Virus record (IMG/VR): IMGVR_UViG_3300028384_001500 | Location: 172,653 to 236,652 of that record | Strand: one strand, 5' to 3' | Length of the DNA: 64,000 nt | In this document: piece by piece, positions 31,973 through 41,881 of the stretch | How the letters are laid out: the number at the start of each line of letters is the position of its first letter | Position numbering within the stretch: the first letter of the stretch is position 1 | Notes under the pieces: generated by a model | Told to the model about the DNA's origin: nothing | The model's database searches: none | What the model saw: the letters and a program-made list of their open reading frames with translations, nothing else | Position numbers and translations under genes: made by a program

Positions 31973-33219
31973 AATTCCTCAATATCCCAGTGCTTTTTAT
32001 TTTTAAAGCGATTAATTGTTTTTATCATTGAGTCATGCCACTTATCAATTGTATCTTGGTATTTAAACTCAAAGTCAGCATAATCTTTTACTTTCTTAGA
32101 AAGTTTAACTTTTTCACTTTCTGGCAGTTGATAAATTTTCATCATTGCATCTGCGAACGTTTCTATCGATGTGTAGTCTTCATAGATATATGGGACAGAT
32201 TGGCTCCCTACAAGCGTTTTAAGTTCTACTTCACAAGCAACACCGTTATGACTTCCGTCTCTATAATCCTCAACTTGTCTAGTAAGCCCACCTGTTTTTG
32301 GTGCAATAATAGGAGTTCCTGTCATCATAGACTCTAGAGTTGCTAACCCAAAGCCTTCAGCGTAAGACGTGTTTATGCAAAAATCAGAAATATTATAAAG
32401 AACGTTCATTTTTTCAAATTCAATTCTGTCTCTAGAAAAGAAAACATGATCTTGAATGTTTAGCATTTCTGTAACTTTAAACAAATTAGGACCTTCATTG
32501 TCGTTAGGTTCAGTATGCATAATTAGCGTTGCTTTTTGATGACCTTCTTTTTCTTGTAGTTTATCTAAAAACGTCTTCCAAGCAACAAGAAGATCAGAGG
32601 GTCTTTTTCTTTTAGCGTTTCTATTGACCCATATTCCAACAAAATGATCTTTTCTATCGATACCTAAAAGTGATGATTTGTGAGTTTGAATATTATCATT
32701 TGACATTTTATAAAATAAGCTATCAGGCAGGGAGTGCGGAATAAAGTTAGTTTTTTCTGGATAAGTGTCTTTTAACATTGTATAGGTCATATGACTATGA
32801 CAGTTAATTAAATCAGTTGCCTGATAATAGCTATCATTAAATTTTGGGTATGGATAATTATCCCAAACATGCCACCAGACAATCGGACAAATTTTTCTAA
32901 CTTCATCTTCAATTTCAAATAGCCAAGTAAAAAATCTTGGATCAGTAAAAATAAAAAGAACATCTGGTTTTTCAGTTGCCAATGTTACCCTAATTAAGTC
33001 TGGACTTCCAAAACCATCTATAGGCTTAATAATAAAGTCTTCGTTAACAACGACTGTTCTATAGTCATTGTGCTTTAAAGCTGCTCCAAACTGTCTAAAA
33101 GACCAGCAGTCTTTTTTTAAAAGACCCTCTATTAAATGCCTTGTTTGTGTACCTACACCACTCGTTGAGAGTGCATGATCTGACAAGACTAAAACTTTAT
33201 ATTTGCCATCTTCTGTCAT
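31969..33219 (-). CDS. Glycosyltransferase, GT4-like (GT-B)
   Basis: SGVGTQTR; NRNAKRKRP; SYAEGFGLATLESMMTGTPIIAPKTGG. Confidence 0.85.
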   Translation of the reverse strand: MTEDGKYKVLVLSDHALSTSGVGTQTRHLIEGLLKKDCWSFRQFGAALKHNDYRTVVVNEDFIIKPIDGFGSPDLIRVTLATEKPDVLFIFTDPRFFTWLFEIEDEVRKICPIVWWHVWDNYPYPKFNDSYYQATDLINCHSHMTYTMLKDTYPEKTNFIPHSLPDSLFYKMSNDNIQTHKSSLLGIDRKDHFVGIWVNRNAKRKRPSDLLVAWKTFLDKLQEKEGHQKATLIMHTEPNDNEGPNLFKVTEMLNIQDHVFFSRDRIEFEKMNVLYNISDFCINTSYAEGFGLATLESMMTGTPIIAPKTGGLTRQVEDYRDGSHNGVACEVELKTLVGSQSVPYIYEDYTSIETFADAMMKIYQLPESEKVKLSKKVKDYADFEFKYQDTIDKWHDSMIKTINRFKNKKHWDIEEL

Positions 33220-33274
33220 AAATAATAATTCCTCTTTCTTGTTATAATATTATATCTAGTAATAAAAAAGTAAA

Positions 33275-34123
33275 CTATTTACAATGTTCAGTTTCAAAAA
33301 ACGGACAAAACTTACAACTATTTCTATTTTTAAGATAGAGGCCCCTTCTAACAGTTTTAATCATGCTTCTCATAAGCTTCATCCCTTTTTCATATGTCTT
33401 AGGCCCTACAGATACTTTTACGATATCACATACTTTTCCGGGTTTGGCACCTCTTTTAAGAAGAACAAATGCACATCGAACATCTTTTAGGTTAATTCCG
33501 TGCTTTTTTGCCCAAAAATGCTTATAGAGGATTAGCTGAGCAGTCATCCCTAAATCTTGTTTTTTATCTCTCCTCCAACCGTATGCTCCTGCCGTTTTCC
33601 AGTCAATGATCCAGTATTCGTGACCTTTGCCGCGCTTTTTAGGAACTTTGAGAATTCCATCAACAAAGCCTTTAAAGTTAAGTGGTTTATCTAATCCTTC
33701 AATAGGCTCGTAGAGCTCCTCTTCTGCTTTAAAACATTCCCACCCAGGAAACTCTTTGTCTAGAAAGCTGTTAACTTCATCCCACATGTTATTGGCCCAC
33801 TGTTCCCAAGTTTCAACCGGTTCGTGTTTATACCAACCAGGCTGCTTTGAATACCACTCCTCGTTCTCAAATCCAGCTTTCTCCCAGCTTTCTTTCATAA
33901 CCCCTAGTATTTTATCACGGTCAATATCACGTCCCTCTAAAAGACTTTCGCAACCTTCGTGCACAGCTGTTCCAAAGTGAAGATATGGACTGTCTTGGAA
34001 AGTGTCAATTTTATCAATATAGACTAATTTGTGTCTGTAGCTACACTCTTTCCATTGTTTAATCTCTGAAAAAGATACGTGGGGTTTTCCGTTAGGAAAG
34101 CTTGGAGTTTTATTATCACTCAT
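33275..34123 (-). CDS. PD-(D/E)XK nuclease, Cas4/AddB-like with a four-Cys cluster
   Basis: SFSEIKQWKECS; GTAVHE; GFVDG...IIDWKT; QLILY; C-terminal CKFCPFFETEHC. Confidence 0.85.
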   Translation of the reverse strand: MSDNKTPSFPNGKPHVSFSEIKQWKECSYRHKLVYIDKIDTFQDSPYLHFGTAVHEGCESLLEGRDIDRDKILGVMKESWEKAGFENEEWYSKQPGWYKHEPVETWEQWANNMWDEVNSFLDKEFPGWECFKAEEELYEPIEGLDKPLNFKGFVDGILKVPKKRGKGHEYWIIDWKTAGAYGWRRDKKQDLGMTAQLILYKHFWAKKHGINLKDVRCAFVLLKRGAKPGKVCDIVKVSVGPKTYEKGMKLMRSMIKTVRRGLYLKNRNSCKFCPFFETEHCK

Positions 34124-34172
34124 TTTTGCTCCTTTTTATTTTCTATAATACTAAGAAATGCAAAAATTTACA

Positions 34173-35045
34173 CTAATCAATGCTTATAGCTCGACCTTTC
34201 ATTTTTTCCCAATCTCTGTTGTTTCTAATTAAGGAGTTGTAATTTTCTACTTCTTGCAAGAACGATAACGAACCAAAGGTGTTGTTGTCCTTGCCAAACT
34301 TAATCATTGCGGATAGATCTTTTGGTAAACAGTGTCCACCAAAACCCATGTCACCATCTGGCCCGGGTACCATCATATGACTATTTCCAATCCTAGGATC
34401 TAAAAGTGCTAAAAATTTAACAGTATTATAATCTAACCCTATTGATTTGCAAATATTGTGCATTTGATTTGCAAAAATTACTTTTGTTGCAAGAAAACAA
34501 TTAATAAAATATTTGCACATTTCAGCTTCATCAGCTTTGACTATTTGTATTGTTACATTTTCCTTAAATGCTTTTTTAAACATTTTTTTAACTTTTTTAC
34601 CTTCAAAACTTACTCGAGTGTTGTCGTAATTAGGTACACCAATTATAATTCTATTTTGATTTTTAAAGTCTTCAAAAGAATTAGCTTCAGTTAAAAACTC
34701 TGGGCTAAATAATACCTTCATATCTTTGTATTTTGAATTAATTCTATTTGTTGTTCCAGGTGGTACAGTTGATTTAATAATTAATATTGGGAACGTTTTT
34801 GTTTTACAGCATTCATTATATACTTTGTCGATTACTGACTCTAAAATTCTCGTATCACAACTTCCATCAATTCTCATTGGTGTAGGTACACATATAAAAA
34901 TAACATTTGAACGATTGCAAACTTCTTTGTGAGTTGAATTGCATTTATCTTTATCTAGATCATATGTTAATATATCATAATGGTTTTTTAATCCTTCCTT
35001 TATTGCAGATCCAACAAAACCTTGCCCAATTATTCCAATATTCAT
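34173..35045 (-). CDS. ugd: UDP-glucose/GDP-mannose dehydrogenase family protein (C-terminally short)
   Basis: GQGFVG Rossmann motif; FSPEFL; AEMCKY; GFGGHCLPKD catalytic-Cys motif; start placed at MNIGII (ATGA overlap). Confidence 0.85.
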   Translation of the reverse strand: MNIGIIGQGFVGSAIKEGLKNHYDILTYDLDKDKCNSTHKEVCNRSNVIFICVPTPMRIDGSCDTRILESVIDKVYNECCKTKTFPILIIKSTVPPGTTNRINSKYKDMKVLFSPEFLTEANSFEDFKNQNRIIIGVPNYDNTRVSFEGKKVKKMFKKAFKENVTIQIVKADEAEMCKYFINCFLATKVIFANQMHNICKSIGLDYNTVKFLALLDPRIGNSHMMVPGPDGDMGFGGHCLPKDLSAMIKFGKDNNTFGSLSFLQEVENYNSLIRNNRDWEKMKGRAISID

Positions 35046-35608
35046 TTTTTTGATTTCCCTATCCAAGGATATATAATTTCTTTATAAACTTTAATATCAT
35101 TTTTAATTAAGAAATTATATATTTTTTCTTCTTTTTTTTCTTCAGTTAAATGTATTAACAAAAAGTTTTCTTTGTCTTTAAAGTAGTCTCTTACTTCCAT
35201 TTCATATTTTTCAAAAGCAATTTTAAGTTGTTTTTCATTAAAAGAGGTTGTTCCGTATACTTTTTCTCTAAGATATCCTTTCATAGTCTCTTTTTTAGGT
35301 TCTGGTCTAATACTAATGTGTTTTTTGTATGACCTTATCCAACTTTCATAGTCTCTAAATGTGTGTATGAAGACAGAATCAAAGGCTTGATCCAACTCTT
35401 TATAAATTGTACAAACCTGTATATCAGACATGCCATCGATTTTGTAAATATTTTTTAGGTTTTCTGTTGATGGTTTTTTTATCGCTTGATTTATAAGATC
35501 ATTGTTGATTGGGTAGTGAAGTATATTTAAGCAGCAAGAATTATTTAAAAAACTAGTCATACTTTTAGTACTTGTTTTACTTAACCCAGTTATAAATACT
35601 TTTTTCAT
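35042..35608 (-). CDS. Sulfotransferase-family P-loop protein
   Basis: VFITGLSKTSTKSM 5'-PSB-like loop; DIQVCTIYKELD; FIHTFRDYESWIRS 3'-PB-like motif. Confidence 0.7.
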   Translation of the reverse strand: MKKVFITGLSKTSTKSMTSFLNNSCCLNILHYPINNDLINQAIKKPSTENLKNIYKIDGMSDIQVCTIYKELDQAFDSVFIHTFRDYESWIRSYKKHISIRPEPKKETMKGYLREKVYGTTSFNEKQLKIAFEKYEMEVRDYFKDKENFLLIHLTEEKKEEKIYNFLIKNDIKVYKEIIYPWIGKSKK

Positions 35609-36259
35609 TTAAAACTTAATTCCTATTAAGACTTCTTTTTTACTTTTATTTATTTCTTGCGGTTTTGTTTTAATCTTTACGGACTTTACATCTCTGTTAA
35701 TTAGATTAACAATATCTTGAACATGACTTACATCTTCACTTTCAACATCTTTTTCAGTTACTTCTTTCATAATGTTGAAATGGGTTGGGTGCCCTTGTCT
35801 AGGCTCTTTTCCGGGAGGTAAGACTATATAAATGCCTAGTTTTGCTATAGATCCGGCAGACTCAAGAAATGAGTCAGGATCGATAATGTGTTCTAAACTA
35901 TGTCTAGAATAAATAATGTCAAATTCATTTTCTTTAAATGTATTAGAAATTTTAGCTGCGTCTAGTCTAATTATTCTAGGGGAAGGGTTGTCGTTAATAT
36001 CTACACCTTTTGCATCGATTCCGGAACTTATGAAAGATTGAAGCTCAGAATCATCTCTACACCCGATGCACAAAACACTTTTAATTTCTTTTTCAAAGAA
36101 TTCTCTCATAAAGCTTATATCTTCACTTCTACTTTTTTCTGACCTGGGGTCTTTAGTCAGTTGTATTTTTTCTTTAGTAGAATGCTTTTTTGACTCTAAC
36201 GTTAAAATGTTTTCAATTCTTACTTTTGATATATTTTTTGTTTCAAATAGTTTTTTCAC
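35609..36259 (-). CDS. Class I SAM-dependent methyltransferase
   Basis: VLCIGCR...GVDI...LDAAKI...FDIIYSRHSLEHIIDP. Confidence 0.75.
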   Translation of the reverse strand: MKKLFETKNISKVRIENILTLESKKHSTKEKIQLTKDPRSEKSRSEDISFMREFFEKEIKSVLCIGCRDDSELQSFISSGIDAKGVDINDNPSPRIIRLDAAKISNTFKENEFDIIYSRHSLEHIIDPDSFLESAGSIAKLGIYIVLPPGKEPRQGHPTHFNIMKEVTEKDVESEDVSHVQDIVNLINRDVKSVKIKTKPQEINKSKKEVLIGIKF

Positions 36260-37151
36260 CTTTTATCCCTTTTTTAGTAGTATCTTTTAAAAAGCTTTTA
36301 TTGTTCTCTTTAAAGAAATTTAGTAATCTTTCACTCTGAAACAGCTGAGGTCTGTTAAATTTTTTATAAGTTTCTACTCTTTGTTCCAGTTTTTTAATTA
36401 CGTCTCCGTGCCATTTAAAATGATGGACAAAAAACCCATGCTTGTCTTTCATCATTTGATAAGCTGATTCGTTAAAGTCTTCTTGGTTATATTCTTTGTT
36501 GCTGTTGTTAGGTTCGCCTAAGATCTTTATAGATAGATCATTATTTGCTAAACATTGATTGCCGCCGTGAGAATAATTAACTTTGTCTCTTAGTTGATTG
36601 TGAATCTGGCCTGATCCGTTATTTGCTCTTAAGTATCCTTTGTAAGCCATTAATTTTACACCAGATATTCCAATTAATTTTGTTAAGTTAATTTTCTTCG
36701 GAAACTGGTTTTGTATATTATCATCACTAGATATTTTTTTAATTGAACCGTCTGAAGTTATTCTATCTATTAAATACCCTTGAATGGCATTAACACCAAT
36801 ATTGTCACAGTGATTTAAAATTTCACTTACGCCGGCAGGAAATTCATGGAATTCATCTGAGTCGGGATGAATTACCCAATCTTGGGACGTGACATGTTTG
36901 TTTAACATCATATGAACTCTTTGCCATTTTTCTTCGCTTTCGTATTCATAACACCAAATGTCTTTAGGAAAAATATTGTACTTGTTTAGTATTTTTAATC
37001 CTTTCTCTAAATTATCTCTATCTTTAAAAACATTTAATACAAAAAGAAAATTTTCAGGATTTATTCCTAGGTTCATGTAATGCTTAATAAAATGATCTAA
37101 TAAACCTAAGTCAAAGTCTAAACTAAAACAAGTTGCTAAATATACTTTCAT
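36243..37151 (-). CDS. Glycosyltransferase, GT2-like (GT-A)
   Basis: LLDHFIKHYMNLGI...WVIHPDSDEF (DxD). Confidence 0.7.
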   Translation of the reverse strand: MKVYLATCFSLDFDLGLLDHFIKHYMNLGINPENFLFVLNVFKDRDNLEKGLKILNKYNIFPKDIWCYEYESEEKWQRVHMMLNKHVTSQDWVIHPDSDEFHEFPAGVSEILNHCDNIGVNAIQGYLIDRITSDGSIKKISSDDNIQNQFPKKINLTKLIGISGVKLMAYKGYLRANNGSGQIHNQLRDKVNYSHGGNQCLANNDLSIKILGEPNNSNKEYNQEDFNESAYQMMKDKHGFFVHHFKWHGDVIKKLEQRVETYKKFNRPQLFQSERLLNFFKENNKSFLKDTTKKGIKGEKTI

Positions 37152-38104
37152 CTTCTAACCTCTTTTAAAATATCGTAATATGAATTAACACATTTTACAA
37201 AATGCGAAACATTTTTGCCTTTTTTTCTATTGCTAAATTCTTTTTGTATTGCTATTTCTTTTGTCTTGCTGAAATCCACGTTAGGAGGTTTATAAAGCGC
37301 ACAAGGCTTCATATCCCATTCATCTTCTAAAATCATAGTGCCGTTATCGACAATTTCATGTGTGCCACCCGTAGAAGAACAAATAATCTTACATCCAGCT
37401 GCCTGTGCGTCAATAACTACATTAGGACAATGATCTAAATAAGCTAAATGTACAAAAGTAGAAGATCTATGATAAAGTGCTAAAAGATTTTGGTATGACA
37501 ATTCCCCTAAAACGTATATTCTTTCACTCATAGATAAGTACTGTTTTGCTTCATCCATTCCTAAACTTCCCGCTATAGCAAAAACAGCTTCAGGAGGTGA
37601 ATGATCTAAAAAGTATAATATGTTTTGTAAAAGTCTTTTATGCGGCCTCCAAGAAGCTGCACACGACCAAACTTCTTTTTCTTTATTCCACGGCCACTGC
37701 ATTGTTTTGTAAGATTCAATTACTATTGGATGATTTACAATGTCAGGATCAGCAGCATTATGAACAACATGACCATTTTTATGAGGGCCAAACCAAGACT
37801 CAGTTAGTTTTTTATTAAAGTTTGACTGAAATATCACTGCATCAGCATTGTTATAAGCAAATCTAATTGGTGTGTTCTGTTGTTTAAAGTCCTGTTCGGA
37901 ATTAAAGTATATTCCATCTAACCTAAGGACCATAGGTTTAACCTTATGGGCTTGCTGTTGAATTACACAGAATTCAACGTCAGCATCTTCTTGACTACTT
38001 AAAGAAACCTTTTTGTCATTTACAAGTTTTGAAAAAAGCGTTCTTGTGAACTTATTAGGTCCGCTATTAGATTGCGGATTGAAATTGTGAGTAAATACTT
38101 TCAT
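37148..38104 (-). CDS. Glycosyltransferase, GT4-like
   Basis: SGPNKF; ASWRPHKRL; DHCPNVVIDAQAAGCKIICSSTGGTHE. Confidence 0.8.
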   Translation of the reverse strand: MKVFTHNFNPQSNSGPNKFTRTLFSKLVNDKKVSLSSQEDADVEFCVIQQQAHKVKPMVLRLDGIYFNSEQDFKQQNTPIRFAYNNADAVIFQSNFNKKLTESWFGPHKNGHVVHNAADPDIVNHPIVIESYKTMQWPWNKEKEVWSCAASWRPHKRLLQNILYFLDHSPPEAVFAIAGSLGMDEAKQYLSMSERIYVLGELSYQNLLALYHRSSTFVHLAYLDHCPNVVIDAQAAGCKIICSSTGGTHEIVDNGTMILEDEWDMKPCALYKPPNVDFSKTKEIAIQKEFSNRKKGKNVSHFVKCVNSYYDILKEVRR

Positions 38105-38439
38105 CTTTTATAATCATCTTTGAGTCTTACGACATCGTCTAGTTCAGGAGTACTTACTTCAAATACTTGTGTGAGAATTCCTTCTGGTGATCCAAATCGA
38201 TGGACTTGCCCAGGTTTAACATGATATGAAGTGCCCGGATTTAAAATTAATTTATTGTCATCTTTATCGCTTGTCCAGACGATTAGTTTACCCATTGTGA
38301 CATATATAGTTTCTTCTTTCTTTTGATGATACTGGAGACTTAATCGTTGTCCCGGTTTAATTGTTAAAACTTTACCTACGTATTTATCAGTTTCTGCCCA
38401 AACCTCTTCATGCCCCCATGGTTTTTCAACTTTTCTCAT
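38101..38439 (-). CDS. Cupin, mannose-6-phosphate isomerase type II C-terminal-like
   Basis: KPWGHEE...LTIKPGQRLSLQYHQKKEETIYV...HVKPGQVHRF...DVVRLKDDYKR. Confidence 0.85.
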   Translation of the reverse strand: MRKVEKPWGHEEVWAETDKYVGKVLTIKPGQRLSLQYHQKKEETIYVTMGKLIVWTSDKDDNKLILNPGTSYHVKPGQVHRFGSPEGILTQVFEVSTPELDDVVRLKDDYKR

Positions 38440-39158
38440 TCTATTAACCCTCTTGATCTTACTAGCCTAATTGTGTCCATTTGATTTTTTTCTTTTTCCG
38501 GTCTAAATTTTAAAGAGTTTGAATTAATTCTGTACAGATAACATATTTCATTTAAGAATTTTCTATCTTTTGCAAGAAGTAACATAGGAAGATAAAGCGC
38601 TTGATCGTAACCTCTTTCAAACCAGTTACCATCTAAGTCTTTAAAGTTTTCTTCTTTAATTTTTTTAAATAAATTCACTTTAAAAGTTTTAAGATGTGAG
38701 CTTACCCATGGATAGTGATATGGATTAATTTTTTCTGGTAACTCTCTAGAGATATTCATACCGTTTATATCCCAGGAATGTGCTGTCCAAAGGGCATCTA
38801 ATTGAGGATTGTTGTCATACTCTTTAAGAATAAGATCAACAGTGTTTTCATTGCACAAGGCATCGTCGCCATCAAGAACTGCTATAATTTGCTCTGAAAA
38901 ATCATTATATCCGCTCAGATAATCATAAATACCCTTTAACGCAAATTTCTTATGATCATGATTAATAACAGTTACTCTTTCTTTTTCATCTGACAAAACA
39001 ATTTTATTAGCAATTTCAAAAGTATCATCATTTGACATGTCATTTAAAATGACCCATTCCCAATTTGGATTTAATTGCTCTTTTAGTGACTCATAACATT
39101 CTTTTAAATGAAAAGAAGCATTATAAGTCGGCGTAACAAAACATACTGTTTTTCTCAT
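38436..39158 (-). CDS. Glycosyltransferase, GT2
   Basis: VTPTYNA...WEWVILNDMSNDDT...LDGDD. Confidence 0.85.
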   Translation of the reverse strand: MRKTVCFVTPTYNASFHLKECYESLKEQLNPNWEWVILNDMSNDDTFEIANKIVLSDEKERVTVINHDHKKFALKGIYDYLSGYNDFSEQIIAVLDGDDALCNENTVDLILKEYDNNPQLDALWTAHSWDINGMNISRELPEKINPYHYPWVSSHLKTFKVNLFKKIKEENFKDLDGNWFERGYDQALYLPMLLLAKDRKFLNEICYLYRINSNSLKFRPEKEKNQMDTIRLVRSRGLIE

Positions 39159-39458
39159 TTATCTTCCTACTTTTGTTTTAGTTGAATCTTTAAGTGATCT
39201 AACTGATTCTTGAATAAAATCTCTTCTACTTTCTAACTCAGAAACGCTTCTTAAAATATGCAATGTATCTTCTTCTAAAGTTGCTACTATTGTTAAATCT
39301 GCTTTAAATGCGTCTTCTTCTAACTGTTCTACTAATCGATTAAGTTTTTCAGAAAGTGTTCTGCACTTTGTCCTAAGTTCAACGTCGCATTTGTTAAAAG
39401 ATTGCTGGCTTTGTATAAAAACCTGTGAAAAAACTTGGAATAAATTTTCTTGTTCCAT
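39159..39458 (-). CDS. Hypothetical coiled-coil protein
   Basis: 99 aa, abuts both neighbours in the operon, GGAG SD, heptad-like pattern. Confidence 0.55.
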   Translation of the reverse strand: MEQENLFQVFSQVFIQSQQSFNKCDVELRTKCRTLSEKLNRLVEQLEEDAFKADLTIVATLEEDTLHILRSVSELESRRDFIQESVRSLKDSTKTKVGR

Positions 39459-39459
39459 A

Positions 39460-41385
39460 TTAACTCCTTTTCTGTAACCAGCCTTTGATTACTTCTGGGT
39501 GATCCGACTCTACAAAATACCAATTTGTAGGTTTACTAAAGTCAACTCTACTGTGGAATATCCAGCCACCCATTTCATTATCTAATCTTTTTGCCATATT
39601 TACAATTTCTTTTTCTGAAACTTCTGACCATGGTTTATTAAAAAACTTATTGTTCTCTGCATTATCAACAACTTGCTTATTATACAAGCTAGCGTGAAAC
39701 TTGCTCCAAAAATCTCTATAGTTGTATATTTTTCTTTGAATGTCAAACCATGAATAATGATGAACTGACGGTAATTCTTTTAGTGCAGCGTTAATAAAGT
39801 TAACGTAAACATCTAGACTAGAATTTTTAAAATTTTCGTCTGTCAATATTTTCTGTCTTATTTGTTCATGTTGTGGTGTATAAAAATTCATATTAGGGAT
39901 AGGTTGATAATTATCAGTGTGAACGTAGTCACATCCGTCTGATCCTGCAGAGTATACATTTCCGTTTTCATCGTATCTTCTGTGTGCTGCAGGTATATCA
40001 TGCGTTATATGTGTATCATTTCTAGATAATCTCCATTTCCATGGGTGTACATCTAGTCTTACTTTGTTTTGTTTTCCCCAATAGTCTATGACAGGCAGGC
40101 AAACAACTTTAACAGCTTTAGGAATTTGCCTGGCTAGCTTTTTAACTTTTTTATAGTCACTTTCATGAACAATTTCATCAACATCAGACTGCCAACACCA
40201 GTCTCCCGTGCATAAAGATCTTGCAACTGCTTTTTGCTGACCATCGAACAAAGCAAATCGATAATGATCCCAGTCACGATTAACTTGGTACACTCTAAGT
40301 TTTTCTTCCTTTTCTGACCATTTTTGAAGTTGCTCCCAAGTCCCGTCTTTTGACCCACCGTCGACTACAACAACTTCATCACAAAAACCCAATAAAGATT
40401 TAATAGATTCTCTCCATGGGTAGTCAGCGTCTATTACATCTTTTGTTGTTGTATAACCGCTAACAGTAACTTCTCTTTCAAAAAAAGATGTTATAACACT
40501 CCAAAAAGTATCGTGGCGAGAAAGTAGGTAGAAAAGAAGTTCGTCTGGCGAGTCACTTTGACTATTTTTAAACCAGCCTTCTTCTGAGTGCTGAACATTT
40601 TCATTTATAGATAATTCTAATCCTAAGAGCTTAGCTTCAATAGTTGTTCTAGGGCATGTATCACCGCCAAGAGGATGAAATGACAATCCTTTGAATTCTG
40701 ATAACTTTCTTAATAAATCATAATAAGGTAAACCTGAAAGTATTTCTGCTTCATCCTGGAGAATGTCTGTCACTACTTTTTTACTCTCAACAATTCCTTT
40801 TATCCAGCTATTACCGTCTATGATTGCCCATTTATTATTATTTGATTTTCTATCTGCCCTTAGCCTGGTCATAAATTCTAAGTCTTCTAAGCTAAAAATT
40901 GAACTTAAGACTGTTTGTTTGTTTTCTTTTAAAAATGGAAATCTTTGGTGATATATTTCAGATTGTTTCTTTGACATCCAAAAAATATGTTCTGACCCAT
41001 GCAAAAACGCAGAAATGATTTTTCCTAACTGGCTATTTTGACAGTCACAATCTTCGCCCGTCTGTCGTTTGTGCAGATCAATTGATCGGTATTGACAAAA
41101 TTTATAGTCATATTCAACAATTGCGTAGTTTAAATTTGCAACAATCATAGGTATTAACTCATGATTCATTGATCGATAATTAAAAAATACCCAAAACTTA
41201 TTAACACCTTGTTGAATTAATTCTTTTGTTACTTCCGATGATTTTAGTTTAAAAGTCGTATAAGGAGAAGTTTCAAAAAGAGCCTCTGTTGATTTTTCAG
41301 CTCCTCCTCCATATTCATCTAAAAAAGCGTCTGCAACAAAAACGACGCTAGAATCTAAAAAATTATCCATACAGTAATACCTCAT
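39460..41385 (-). CDS. Two-domain glycosyltransferase (GT-B-like N-terminus fused to a GT2 C-terminus)
   Basis: YGGGAEKST and DTCPRTTIEAKLLG in the N-half; CDEVVVVDGGSKDGT and WQSDVDE in the C-half. Confidence 0.8.
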   Translation of the reverse strand: MRYYCMDNFLDSSVVFVADAFLDEYGGGAEKSTEALFETSPYTTFKLKSSEVTKELIQQGVNKFWVFFNYRSMNHELIPMIVANLNYAIVEYDYKFCQYRSIDLHKRQTGEDCDCQNSQLGKIISAFLHGSEHIFWMSKKQSEIYHQRFPFLKENKQTVLSSIFSLEDLEFMTRLRADRKSNNNKWAIIDGNSWIKGIVESKKVVTDILQDEAEILSGLPYYDLLRKLSEFKGLSFHPLGGDTCPRTTIEAKLLGLELSINENVQHSEEGWFKNSQSDSPDELLFYLLSRHDTFWSVITSFFEREVTVSGYTTTKDVIDADYPWRESIKSLLGFCDEVVVVDGGSKDGTWEQLQKWSEKEEKLRVYQVNRDWDHYRFALFDGQQKAVARSLCTGDWCWQSDVDEIVHESDYKKVKKLARQIPKAVKVVCLPVIDYWGKQNKVRLDVHPWKWRLSRNDTHITHDIPAAHRRYDENGNVYSAGSDGCDYVHTDNYQPIPNMNFYTPQHEQIRQKILTDENFKNSSLDVYVNFINAALKELPSVHHYSWFDIQRKIYNYRDFWSKFHASLYNKQVVDNAENNKFFNKPWSEVSEKEIVNMAKRLDNEMGGWIFHSRVDFSKPTNWYFVESDHPEVIKGWLQKRS

Positions 41386-41393
41386 TTAAGATA

Positions 41394-41421
41394 ATTTTAC
41401 TGTGATGATTGTGCAGGTAAA
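41394..41421 (-). promoter_or_regulatory. sigma70-like promoter upstream of the glycosylation operon
   Basis: TTTACC-16 nt-TAAAAT; could occur by chance in AT-rich DNA. Confidence 0.35.
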
Positions 41422-41425
41422 CCTT

Positions 41426-41878
41426 TTATACTATATAAGATGCTTTTATGTCGATATTAATTGTTCCTCCTGCAGCAGTAACTGCAGATTGAACTGTTGC
41501 TTGATTAACTGTATTTGTACTTGATGGGTTAACTAAGCCGGTTTTAAAATAAACGTCAATAATAATTTTGTCTGATGAAAGGGCTCTGGTTGTTTCTCTA
41601 ATATATGGGACTATATTACTGCCTAGTGAGTCGTAAGAATCAATGTTAATGTAAGGCATAGCTGTTGTTTTTTCATCAAGTACTAGAGAAGTAGTAAAAG
41701 TAACATAACCATTGCCGCTTGCGTTGTTTACATCAGAACTTATAAAAGAAAAACTTTCTTTAATTTCATACACAGTACCAACATCATCAGGTTCAGATTC
41801 AACCACTAAAGAGTGTTTTGGCTTTCTTCTAATAAATGAATATATTTTTCTATTTCTGTTAAGATCTTTATAAGCCAT
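41426..41878 (-). CDS. Hypothetical protein, possibly virion-associated
   Basis: 150 aa, beta-rich, S/T-rich. Confidence 0.5.
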   Translation of the reverse strand: MAYKDLNRNRKIYSFIRRKPKHSLVVESEPDDVGTVYEIKESFSFISSDVNNASGNGYVTFTTSLVLDEKTTAMPYINIDSYDSLGSNIVPYIRETTRALSSDKIIIDVYFKTGLVNPSSTNTVNQATVQSAVTAAGGTINIDIKASYIV

Positions 41879-41881
41879 AAT

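Noticed and set aside
33275-34123. Possible CRISPR-Cas locus suggested by the Cas4-like gene
   Set aside because: No regularly spaced repeat-spacer array and no other cas genes in the window; the 25-bp repeat occurs only twice, 680 bp apart
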